A stretch of 64,000 nt of DNA from Flavobacteriales bacterium (GTDB lineage Bacteria > Bacteroidota > Bacteroidia > Flavobacteriales_F > PHOS-HE28). Within the stretch, counting starts at the first letter, position 1; each line of letters opens with the position of its first letter. Location of the stretch: contig JADKJM010000016.1 of assembly GCA_016721005.1 (NCBI GenBank), positions 276,053-340,052 on the forward strand, read 5' to 3'. Both the position numbers and the translations under genes were made by a program. Below, one piece after another: positions 43,105 through 53,900 of this stretch. Below the pieces are notes generated by a model. The model was not told the origin of the DNA. It made no database searches and was given only the letters and a program-made list of their open reading frames with translations.

Positions 43105-45393
43105 ATGAACCTCCGTAACCCCGCCCCGGTGGTGCGTGCCTTTTTACTCGGCGTCGCTACCTGTTTTCTCGTAGTGACCCAGGCCCACGCCCAACCCGGA
43201 ACATTAGATCCATCCTTTGACCCGTTGGATGGCGCGGACAACACCGTCAGCGCCATGGTGACGCGTGCTGATGGTTCGGTGGTCATCGGGGGCCAGTTCA
43301 CCTCCTTCAATGGTTCACCAGCAGGTGGCATCATCCAATTGCTACCCTCCGGCCAAGTGGATCCGGGTTTCATCGTTGGTAGTGGATTGAACGGGCCGGT
43401 CATGGACATGGTCCTGCAACCGGATGGAAAATTGCTCGTGGTGGGTCTCTTCACCACCTACGACGGGGTTGCGACCGGTGGTGGCCTTGTGCGATTGTTA
43501 TCCAACGGATCCGTCGATCCAGGATTCGTGCACCCATTCTTCGCGCTTGCGATAGTCAGCGTTGCGCTGCATGCGGATGGGCGCGTGGTCCTGGGTGGGA
43601 ACATGGGAACCTTTACGCAAACCCGGGTGGTTCAATTGCTACCGAATGGTGCGGAGGACCCTTCATTCAACACCTTCCTGCAGTTGAACCAAGGTGTATT
43701 CCATGTGGCGGTCTTCCAGGATGATCGGATCATGGTCGTTGGTGGGTTCACGGCCTATGGTGCCGTGCCGCGTGCGGGCCTGTGTGTGCTGGAACCGAAC
43801 GGCAGCCTCAACGGCACGTTCGATCCGGGGACCGGCGTAAGTGCCGGTGTGGTCGAATCGGTCCTGGTAACAGCGGATGATAAGATCACCTTGGGTGGTG
43901 TATTCACAACGTACAATGGCAATAGCGCTGTTCGATCCATCCGTTTGAATGATGACGGAACAGTGGACGGGACCTACTCCACCGGATCCGGGTTCACCGG
44001 CGGGGTCGTTCTGGACATGGCACTTCGGCCCGATGGCAAGTTGCTCGTCGCTGGAAGCTTCACCACATTCAATGGAACTCCTCGATCACGCGTGTGCAGA
44101 TTGCACTCCAATGGTTCATTGGATGAGAGTTTCGACCCGGGAACGGGACCGGACGGGATCGTCCGATGCTTGGCCACGGATCCGTACGATCGTGTGGTGC
44201 TCGGTGGCGAATTCACCTCGGTTGCCGGAAGCCCCCGGATCCGCGTTGCACGCCTGAACGATTGTACACCTGTTATCTGGTACGCGGATACCGACGAGGA
44301 TGAGCTTGGCGATGCGGGTTCCAGCACCATGGCGTGTGAGGCTCCTGGTGGATACGTGTCCAATGCGGATGATTGCAACGATTCAGATGATTCCATCGGC
44401 GCCGCCACCGTGTGGTACCGTGATCTGGATGGCGATGAGGCCGGGGATCCGACCGACTCGATCATGGCGTGTGAACAGCCACCGGGTTATGTGGAGGACG
44501 CCGGAGATTGCGACGACAACGACGATACCATCACGCCCAGTAATTCATGTGACGATGGTGATCCGTACACCACCAGTGATGTGCTGCTCCCCTACCCGGA
44601 TTGCGGCTGCCTCGGCCAGTCCATTGTGGTAAGCGCACGCGTTTTCCTGGAAGGACCGTACGACCCCATGTCCGGGATGATGCGCGACGACCTTCGCGTG
44701 GCGGGGTTGATCCCCCTTACCGAGCCTTACACCGCCATGGGTCATGCACCGGTAATGCCGGGGTCGGCACCCGGGGGCGATACGATGGATCCCGCTGTGC
44801 TCACCGTGACCGGTCCGGATGCCATCGTGGATTGGGTGATCCTGGAATTGCGGGCCGGCTTCAGTTCCACGGAGCGGATCAGCACACGATTCTGTTTGTT
44901 GCAGCGGGACGGTGATATCGTTGAGTCGGATGGCGTGTCTCCCGTGCGCTTTCCCAGAGGATTTGGGTTCCATCGCCTCGCGGTCACACACAGGAACCAC
45001 ATGGGGATCGTTCAATTCGAACCGTTCCCTTACAATGGGACCTACTACGAGACGACCTCGGTTGATATGTCCGCAGCCGCCTTCCCGACCTTCGGCGGCC
45101 CGGACGCGCGGCGCCAGATCGGTGGTGCGTGGGTACTTCGTGCCGGTGACACCAGCTTCTGTGACGACGTCAGGTACCTCGGTGCGGACAACGACCGCGA
45201 TCCGATCCTGGTCAGGATAGGCGGGGCGGTTCCTACCAACACGGTACCCGGCTATTTCAATGAGGACGTGAACATGGATGGGATCGTGAAATACACCGGG
45301 TCCGAGAACGACCGTGACCCCATACTTGTCACGATCGGTGGCAGCACACCTACGAATATCCGCTCCAACGTGTACCTGTTCGTTGTGAACTGA
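43105..45393 (+). CDS. delta-60 repeat protein with Asp/Cys-rich putative metal-binding motifs
   Basis: Signal peptide. Repeated LDPSFDP...GxVxxxxxQxDGKLLVxGxFTxxxG units (delta-60 / beta-propeller type). DCNDSDDS / CDDNDDT motifs. Confidence 0.6.
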   Translation: MNLRNPAPVVRAFLLGVATCFLVVTQAHAQPGTLDPSFDPLDGADNTVSAMVTRADGSVVIGGQFTSFNGSPAGGIIQLLPSGQVDPGFIVGSGLNGPVMDMVLQPDGKLLVVGLFTTYDGVATGGGLVRLLSNGSVDPGFVHPFFALAIVSVALHADGRVVLGGNMGTFTQTRVVQLLPNGAEDPSFNTFLQLNQGVFHVAVFQDDRIMVVGGFTAYGAVPRAGLCVLEPNGSLNGTFDPGTGVSAGVVESVLVTADDKITLGGVFTTYNGNSAVRSIRLNDDGTVDGTYSTGSGFTGGVVLDMALRPDGKLLVAGSFTTFNGTPRSRVCRLHSNGSLDESFDPGTGPDGIVRCLATDPYDRVVLGGEFTSVAGSPRIRVARLNDCTPVIWYADTDEDELGDAGSSTMACEAPGGYVSNADDCNDSDDSIGAATVWYRDLDGDEAGDPTDSIMACEQPPGYVEDAGDCDDNDDTITPSNSCDDGDPYTTSDVLLPYPDCGCLGQSIVVSARVFLEGPYDPMSGMMRDDLRVAGLIPLTEPYTAMGHAPVMPGSAPGGDTMDPAVLTVTGPDAIVDWVILELRAGFSSTERISTRFCLLQRDGDIVESDGVSPVRFPRGFGFHRLAVTHRNHMGIVQFEPFPYNGTYYETTSVDMSAAAFPTFGGPDARRQIGGAWVLRAGDTSFCDDVRYLGADNDRDPILVRIGGAVPTNTVPGYFNEDVNMDGIVKYTGSENDRDPILVTIGGSTPTNIRSNVYLFVVN

Positions 45394-45427
45394 AGAACGA
45401 ATCCAGCGCGGCTCCGTATGACGGGCC

Positions 45428-46990
45428 ATGCGCTTGTCACGAGATCTGTTCTGGTTCGCTGCTTGGGTTGCTCTCCCACCTGGTGTAATAGCCCAAGGAG
45501 CGCTTCCGGATCCACAATTCGGGAACAATGGCTTGGCTGTGGTCCAGAACTACGGGTCATACAATGACATCATCATCAAGCGCATGGACGAGCAGGTGGA
45601 TGGGAAGATCGTGATGATGGGCGACCATCAGATCGGTTCGGAGTTGACCTTGTTCGCTCAACGGTTCAACGCGAACGGCACGATCGATGGTGGATTCGCG
45701 AATGGCGGCCGGTTCTTAGGACCCGACAGTCTTGCGATGGTCGGTGTGAGCAGTGGGCATGCACTTCCTGATGGCAGGCTTCTCCTCGTGTGCCAATACC
45801 GGAATACCACCATAACGCAGCTGGTCCTGGTGATGTTGGACCAGAATGGTGCGCTGGATGCCACCTACGGATCAGGCGGGGTGCGTCGGGAAACGATCGC
45901 CCCCAACACCGCGATCTACCGTTCCATCCGCGCGCCGGACAATTCCATCTACTTCACCGGAATGCAGGGTGCATGGCCGGTGGTAGGCCATGTGCTCCCT
46001 GATGGATCATTCGATCCGGAGTTCGGTACGAATGGCCGGACATTGCTCAACAATGCCCCGTTCAGTTGTTATGCGCGCGATATGGTCTTCTCGGAATCAG
46101 GCTATCTCGTGATCGTATGCCCCCGACTTGCATTCATCAGCCATGGTTGGTGCATGGCAGCCGTGGATCTGCAAGGTGCATTGGTCCCCTGGTTCGGAAC
46201 GAACGGATTCAAGACCATGGACCTCATCGATAATGATCTTGTCGACGAGTATAGCCAACACATCGCCATGCGTCCGGACGGCTCCTTGATCACCTCCGGT
46301 TTGTGGGTGCATGATGGAGCAGGGCACAACATGTATTGGGCCTTCCATCCGGATGGAAGCATCAATGAAGGTTTCGGGAACAATGGCGTGACGGAGGTCC
46401 AGATGGACAATGCCGGCGTTCTCGGCGAAGTGGTGAGCTTGCTGCCCGATGGCGACATCCTGTTCAGCGGCGCTCAATCCAGTTCGAATGGTCTGCTCTG
46501 CAAGACCCGCGTTGTCCGATTGAATGCGGACGGATCCTTCGAAACGGATTTCGGCACCAATGGGATCTACTATCACTATCGACCAGGTGCCATTTTTTCG
46601 CAGGCCGATCGCGGTGGTCTGTTAGCCAACGGAAGATTGGCAGTGGTCGGTGAGATCTCCGCGCCCGGCCCGGTCACCAAGAACGCGATCATGGTCTTCA
46701 ACCTGCAGGACATTTCCACCGGTACTTCGGAAGCATTGAACGGATCGGCCGCTCCGAGCGTCCATCCGAATCCAACGAACGGTACGGTACACCTGCGCGA
46801 TTGGGATCTGGGGCCTTCGGACGAGTTGATCCTTTTTGATGCGCAAGGCCGTCGTCAAGCGCGATGGTCCGGAGCCTTGGTGAATGGCTCAGCACTTGAT
46901 CTACCCGGATATCTTTCCTCGGGTGCCTACACGCTTGTGGTGAATGATCCCGTGGATCGCAAGAGCGCTCGCATCCAGTTGGAGCGCTAG
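45428..46990 (+). CDS. delta-60 repeat protein with T9SS type-A C-terminal sorting domain
   Basis: Signal peptide. Repeated ...NGxLDxxFGxNG units. C-terminal VHPNPTNGTVHLRDWDL...GAYTLVVND...ARIQLER. Confidence 0.6.
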   Translation: MRLSRDLFWFAAWVALPPGVIAQGALPDPQFGNNGLAVVQNYGSYNDIIIKRMDEQVDGKIVMMGDHQIGSELTLFAQRFNANGTIDGGFANGGRFLGPDSLAMVGVSSGHALPDGRLLLVCQYRNTTITQLVLVMLDQNGALDATYGSGGVRRETIAPNTAIYRSIRAPDNSIYFTGMQGAWPVVGHVLPDGSFDPEFGTNGRTLLNNAPFSCYARDMVFSESGYLVIVCPRLAFISHGWCMAAVDLQGALVPWFGTNGFKTMDLIDNDLVDEYSQHIAMRPDGSLITSGLWVHDGAGHNMYWAFHPDGSINEGFGNNGVTEVQMDNAGVLGEVVSLLPDGDILFSGAQSSSNGLLCKTRVVRLNADGSFETDFGTNGIYYHYRPGAIFSQADRGGLLANGRLAVVGEISAPGPVTKNAIMVFNLQDISTGTSEALNGSAAPSVHPNPTNGTVHLRDWDLGPSDELILFDAQGRRQARWSGALVNGSALDLPGYLSSGAYTLVVNDPVDRKSARIQLER

Positions 46991-47250
46991 GGTTCGACGA
47001 TCGTGGGTGGTGATGGATCCTGCGGGGCATCGCGCTTATCCACCACCTCGCTGATGAACCAGGCCAAGAGCACGATCAGCAACAAGGCCATGAACGCCTT
47101 CGGATCCTTGTACAGCGGTTTGCGGTGCATGAGCGAACGCGCGCGCTGGTAGTTGTGCAGCAATTTCCCACTATCGCGATAGCGCGCCAATTCATTGTCC
47201 GTGGGTTCGGGCCCTTGCCCTTGGGGTGATATGCGGTAGCGATGCTTCAT
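46987..47250 (-). CDS. small single-TM protein, putative anti-sigma factor
   Basis: 87 aa. Cytoplasmic N-terminus, one TM helix (AFMALLLIVLLAWFI) and a short Pro-rich tail. It overlaps the ECF sigma gene stop by 4 bp. Confidence 0.4.
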   Translation of the reverse strand: MKHRYRISPQGQGPEPTDNELARYRDSGKLLHNYQRARSLMHRKPLYKDPKAFMALLLIVLLAWFISEVVDKRDAPQDPSPPTIVEP

Positions 47251-47783
47251 GCCCGTGGAACAAGGTAGGTGCGCAGGGTATGGAGGGTACGGTGTACGCG
47301 CATCTTGGCCGCATCCTCGGCCACCCCGATCACTTGGCCGATCTCAGCGAAGCTCATCCCATCCATGTAGCGCAGGTTGATCAAGTGCGCGCGCTCGTCA
47401 TCAAGCTTTCCCATGGCCACTGCCAGGCGGTGCATATCATCATCATCGTAGGCAAGACCCAACTCATCACTGATACCCGCGACCTGGGTATAGCTCAGAT
47501 CGATCAACACCTCCTTGCGCTTGCGCCAGTGCATGCGCAGTTCATTCAAGGCGATGCGATACAACCACGCCCGGAAAGGCAAGCCCCGCGGCTCATACCG
47601 TGGTAGTGCCATCAGCGCTTTCAAGAAGGTCTGCTGTGTGAGGTCCGCAGAAAGTTCCTGATCTCCGGAGCGGCGCTGGATGAAGCGGAAAATGGTCCCG
47701 TGGTAGGCATTGTAGAGCGGGGTGAACGCTTCGGGGTCGGTCTTCGACGCCCGAACGGCTTGTAGTTCTTCTTCCCCGTTCAT
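47247..47783 (-). CDS. ECF-type RNA polymerase sigma-70 factor
   Basis: Sigma-70 region 2 (FLKALMALPRYEPRGLPFRAWLYRIALNE) and region 4 HTH (MDGMSFAEIGQVIGVAEDAAKMRVHRTL). Confidence 0.85.
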   Translation of the reverse strand: MNGEEELQAVRASKTDPEAFTPLYNAYHGTIFRFIQRRSGDQELSADLTQQTFLKALMALPRYEPRGLPFRAWLYRIALNELRMHWRKRKEVLIDLSYTQVAGISDELGLAYDDDDMHRLAVAMGKLDDERAHLINLRYMDGMSFAEIGQVIGVAEDAAKMRVHRTLHTLRTYLVPRA

Positions 47784-47942
47784 CTACCTGTACTGTTCCA
47801 ACCAATGCTGTTCCGCCACGGAAGTAACGCGTTGTCGACGAATATCGGTATCCGCCCGATGAAACCCCTTGGAGCTTATGCCGTTGAAACCGACAACTCT
47901 ACGTGGGCCCGGACAGCCCACGTGCAAACAAGACACCTCAGT

Positions 47943-50900
47943 ATGCCCACTGCTCAACGGCGATCCTTCCAGCTTATCGTACTGTTGACCAGCCTTTGGG
48001 TTGGACAAGAAACTTTTGGCCAGACCTATTCCTGGCAATGGGGAAAAGGCCTGTCAACAAATTCGGATGAGGAGGTGACGGGGGTTGCGACCCAGAGCAC
48101 CACTGGCGATATCTATAGCTGTGGATATACCGAAGGCACGGGGCTCATCAGCGGAAGTGCAGGAACGGTGAGCGGCGTCCAGGACGCATTCCTGTTCAAA
48201 TACAATGCGAGCGGTATCCAACAGTGGGCGTTCACACCTAGCGGTTCTGGTGAAAGCCGGGCCACCGGTGTGGCCCTTGATGACGCCGGGAACGTGTACG
48301 TGACCGGATGGTTCAAGGGAACCATCGATCTCAACGGCCTTTCGGCAGCCGGGTCCGGTACCGTGATCAGTTCGGGGAACGCCGACTGGTTCATCGCGTC
48401 CTACACACCGGCCGGCGCTTTGAGGTGGCGGACCAAATTGGGCGGAAGCGGGAACGACCTTCCCTCCGGTATCGCCTTGTCACCCACCATGGTCGCTGTA
48501 TTCGGAACGGTGAACGGAAGGATCACCACCTCATTCGGCACCATACCCGTGGCCCTACCGAACAACAAGGACAACCTGGCCCTGGTGGGGTATAACCTCA
48601 CAGGTTCCGGCCAATGGCTGATCTCCGGCGGCAGTGGGGATGATGAGATCGCGCACAGCATGACCATGGCTGGCAGCAAGGCACATGTGGCCTATGATAC
48701 CCAACACCCCACATGCAACTGGTATGGAACCAGCGGAACCTTGCTCACCACGCATGTCGCTTCATCCGATCGGCAGCTCCGGGTTTCGACGTTCGCGAAT
48801 ACCGGGGTCCATCTGTGGACCACCTCGGTGGATGAAGCGGGCAACAACATGCTCGGTTCCGCAGGCCTCGCGGCCGGTTGCGATGCATTGTACATCACCG
48901 GTATCACTGCCTCGCCGACCACCTTCCCCGGTGTGGGAAGCATCTCCACAGGAACGAGCGATATGTTCTTCCTCGGCCGGATCGATCCGGTGACCGGGCA
49001 ATACGAATGGGTGACCACAGGCACTTCGACAGGAAGCAGCAATACGACCGGCGGTGCGGCAGTGACCGTCGGGCGCGCCGGTGTGGTGCATGTGATCGGG
49101 AACTACAAGTCCACGGTGACCATCGGGGGCACGACGCTTACCTCCCCGAACACCAAAATGCAGCCGTTCATCGCGACCTTCCGTTCGACCGGGAGCTTCG
49201 TTCGTAGTGAAAAATTCGTGAGCACGCACGATGCCAGAGGGAGCTGCGTCACGGCCGATGCCACCGGGAATTTCGTGATCGGTGGGTCATTCGACACGGA
49301 TCTCTCCTGCGGGTCCCTCACCCTCGCCGGCCCTGGCAACGCCAACGGGTTCATGTACAAGGGCCTGCTGCCATCAGTAGGTGGAGCGGACCTCTCCTAT
49401 TGGGCCCCACCAGCACCGCTATGCTCCAATGCCGCTCCGTTCAACCTTACAAGCCTGCTCACGCCTACCGTAAGCGGAAGCGCCGCTGCGGTGGCGAACT
49501 CCAATAACGTGGTGGGGCCAGGAGGAGCGGTGGGTGCGGTGCAAGGAAGCTACGCGCAATTCAACACGGCGTCCGGGTATGTGACCCTCGATCTCGGTAT
49601 GACGGTCCCGACCGGAACCTACATCAGCGTACTCTGGCGATCCACCGGCGGTTCGGCCACGGCCAACATCACCTCAGGGACCACGGCCAGTCCACCGGCC
49701 AACTCCAACGGTTCCATCACCACCACATCGACCGCTGCCGTGTATAGTGAACTGCAGCTCACGAGTCCCGCCCGGTACATCCGGATCACGCGACCCGCTT
49801 CCGGCAGCGCCACATTCGAAGTGGACGGGATCTATTACAGCTATGGGAACGATCTCGGCGGCACTTGGTCCGGTACCGGCGTCAGCGGATCCACCTTCGA
49901 CCCGGCCGGTCTTGCGGGGAATATCAACGTTACCTACACGGTCGGCAGCGGTTCATGCGCGAGCGCGACCACGAATGCGATCCAGGTGATCGCGGCGCCG
50001 AACGCCGGAACCAATGGCACGCTTTCCACCTGTGCCGCATCGCCGGCCAGCAACCTGTTCCTGCAACTCGGTGGCAGTCCGCAAGCCGGAGGGATCTGGT
50101 CCGGCCCAAGCCCGGTGATCGGTGGGATGTTCAACCCTGCGACGATGGCACCGGGGAACTACGTGTACACGGTGGTTCCCTCCGGCATTTGCTTGGGCAA
50201 TGCCACAGCCACAGTAGTGGTGACGGTGGGGGCTGCACCGGGTGGCGGAACCTTCACGGGTGGTGGTACGGTCTGCCCTGCCCCAGCGAGCGGGACACTT
50301 TCGATATCAGGCCACAGTGGGACGATCACCGGATGGGCCTATTCCATTGATGGCGGCACCAACTGGAACTTGATCAACAACACGGCCAACAACATCACCT
50401 GGACCAACCTCGGCGTACCCACGATGTACAGGGTCGCTTTGAGCCAGGCTGGATGCGGGAACGGTTCAAGCCCGATCGTCTCCCTTACACCACAAGACCT
50501 CAGCATCCCTGTTCTCATCTGCCCTTCAGTAGAACCGGTTGCGACCGCTTATGCCTCCGGCACCTGCACGATGCAGGTTCCATCCTTTGTTGGACAGTAC
50601 ACGGCAAGCGACAACTGCACTGCTGTGCCGACGGTAGCCCAAACACCGGTCGCGGGTTCGTTCATCCCATTCGATGAGGATGTCCAAGTGACGATCCGAG
50701 CTGTTGATGCCGCCGGAAACGTTTCCTCCACCTGCGTGGCCACGATCATCGGTGTGGACACGTTGGCGGCGACCTTCATCTGCCCGGCGAACAGCGTTGT
50801 CTTCGCACCGGCTAATGTTTGCAGCGCCACACATACGGCCAGCCCGATCGCCTATTCGGACAATTGTTGGGGGAATGGAACCGCAGAGAAGACCTATCTC

Positions 50901-53900
50901 CAAGCCGGGGTCGTGAGCATCACCCCGCTATCCACGTTCGATCCTACTGGCTGGACGGAGATCAGCGCGTCGTTGACCGCAACGCTTCCGATCGGCGATC
51001 ATACCATCGCCTTCGTGCATGAGAACGGGGTTGAGGATGTCGCCCTGTGTTCTTACACGGTATCCGTCGTGGACAACGTCGGTCCCACGATCACTTGCCC
51101 GACCGACATAAGCCAGAACACGGATTTCGGGAGCTGTGGAGCGGTAGTGACCTACTCCACACCTGTGGGCACCGACAACTGCGGTGGAGCGACCACGGCA
51201 CGGACAGCCGGACCAGCATCGGGATCCACCTTCCCTGTGGGATCGACCACCGTAACCCACACCGTTACGGATGCCGTTGGCCTCAGCGCCAGTTGCTCCT
51301 TCTCGGTAACGGTGATCGATGCAACAGCACCCACCATCGCATGCCCGTCCGACATCGCGTTGAACGCCGCTGCCGGTGCTTGCGGTGCGGTGGTCACCTA
51401 CAACACGCCCGCTTTTTCTGACAACTGTCCGGGGGCGACGATAACCCGCACCAGCGGCTTGGCCAGTGGATCTTTGTTCCCTGTGGGTACGACGGTGATC
51501 ACCCATGTGGTCACACCGGTTTCAGGCCCTAGCGCCACCTGCACATTCTGGGTAACGGTGTTCGATAACGAGGTACCCGCCCTCACCGGCTGCAACAACG
51601 TATTCGCCAACACGGCAAGCGGTTGCAGCGCGATCGTGAATTTCCCCACCGCATCCGCTACGGACAACTGCACCACCTGTCCGACAGCGGCGCCTGCTGG
51701 CACCGCTTTGCTAGGCACCTACGATGGCCGCACCTATTACCTGAGCAATTCCGCAGCGCGCTGGTCCGTAGCCAACACGGCGGCCACCAATGCGGGTGGA
51801 CACTTGGCCGTAGTCCGCAATGCGGCGATGAACACTTGGCTACGCGACGCGGTTACCGTTGTGGCGCCGACGGCCGGATTCTGGATCGGCCTGAACGATG
51901 CGGGTGCGGAAGGCACGTTTCGATGGATCAACAGCGCAGCCACGGGCTACCTGCCATGGGACGTCGGGGAGCCGAATAGCGCTGGTGGGAATGAGGACTA
52001 TGTTGAAGTGAAGGTGAATGGTTCTTGGAATGATGAGAAGAACACAACCAGCAGACGCTATGTCGTGGAGGTAGAAGCAACCTGCCTTGCCCCGCAACTC
52101 ATTTCCGGCCAACCCAGTGGTAGCGCTTTTCCTGTTGGTACGACCGCCGTGCAGTACATGAGCACGGATGCAGCTGGCAACTCGAACACGTGCGCGTTCA
52201 ACATCACGGTCACCGACAATAGCGACCCCACCATCACCTGCCCTGCTGCGATGAACGTGAACGCCAACAGCGGTTGCACCGCGACCGGTGTGGCGCTCGG
52301 TTCACCGGTGACCGCCGACAACTGCGGCGTGGCTTCGGTGACCAACAACGCGCCTGCTTCCTTCCCGATCGGTGTGACCACCGTGACCTGGACTGTGACC
52401 GACAACGCTGGACGCACCGCGACCTGCGCGCAGACCGTGACCGTGACGGACAACGTCGATCCGACCATCGTATGTCCTGCTGCGGTGAATGTGTTCACCA
52501 ACAGCGGTTGCACTGCGACCGGGGTGGCGCTCGGAACGCCGGTGACCGCCGACAACTGCGGTGTGGCATCGGTGACCAACAACGCTCCTGCTTCCTTCCC
52601 GATCGGTGTGACCACCGTGACCTGGACTGTGACCGACAACGCTGGACGCACCGCGACCTGCGCGCAGACCGTGACCGTGACGGACAACGTCGATCCGACC
52701 ATCGTATGTCCTGCTGCGGTGAACGTGTTCACCAACAGCGGTTGCACTGCGACCGGGGTGGCGCTCGGAACGCCTGTGACCGCCGACAACTGCGGTGTGA
52801 CTTCAGTGACCAACAACGCTCCTGCTTCCTTCCCGATCGGTGTGACCACCGTGATCTGGACCGTGACCGACAACAGCGGACGCACTGCGACTTGCGCCAG
52901 ACGGTGACCGTCACCGACAACGTCGATCCGACGATCGTATGTCCTGCTGCGGTGAATGTGTTCACCAACAGCGGTTGCACTGCGACCGGGGTGGCGCTCG
53001 GAACGCCGGTGACCGCCGACAACTGCGGTGTGGCATCGGTGACCAACAACGCTCCTGCTTCCTTCCCGATCGGTGTAACCACCGTGACCTGGACTGTGAC
53101 CGACAACGCTGGACGTACCGCTACCTGCGCGCAGACCGTGACCGTGACGGACAACGTCGATCCGACCATCGTATGTCCTGCTGCGGTGAACGTGTTCACC
53201 AACAGCGGTTGCACTGCGACCGGTGTGGCCCTCGGTTCGCCGGTGACCGCCGACAACTGCGGTGTGGCATCGGTGACCAACAACGCTCCTGCTTCCTTCC
53301 CGATCGGTGTAACCACCGTGACCTGGACTGTGACCGACAACGCTGGACGTACCGCTACCTGCGCGCAGACCGTGACCGTGACGGACAACGTCGATCCGAC
53401 CATCGTATGTCCTGCTGCGGTGAATGTGTTCACCAACAGCGGTTGCACTGCGACCGGGGTGGCGCTCGGAACGCCTGTGACCGCCGACAACTGCGGTGTG
53501 GCTTCGGTGACCAACAACGCGCCTGCCTCCTTCCCGATCGGTGCGACCACCGTGATCTGGACCGTGACCGACAACAGCGGACGCACTGCGACTTGCAGCC
53601 AGACGGTGACCGTGACGGACAACGTTGATCCGACCATCGTATGTCCTGCTGCGGTGAATGTGTTCACCAACAGCGGTTGCACCGCGACGGGTGTTGCTCT
53701 CGGTACGCCTGTGACCGCCGACAACTGCGGCGTGATATCAGTGACCAACAACGCTCCTGCTTCCTTCCCGATCGGTGCGACCACCGTGATCTGGACCGTG
53801 ACCGACAACAGCGGACGCACTGCGACTTGCAGCCAGACGATGACCGTGACGGACAACGTTGATCCGACCATCGTATGTCCTGCTGCGGTGAATGTGTTCA

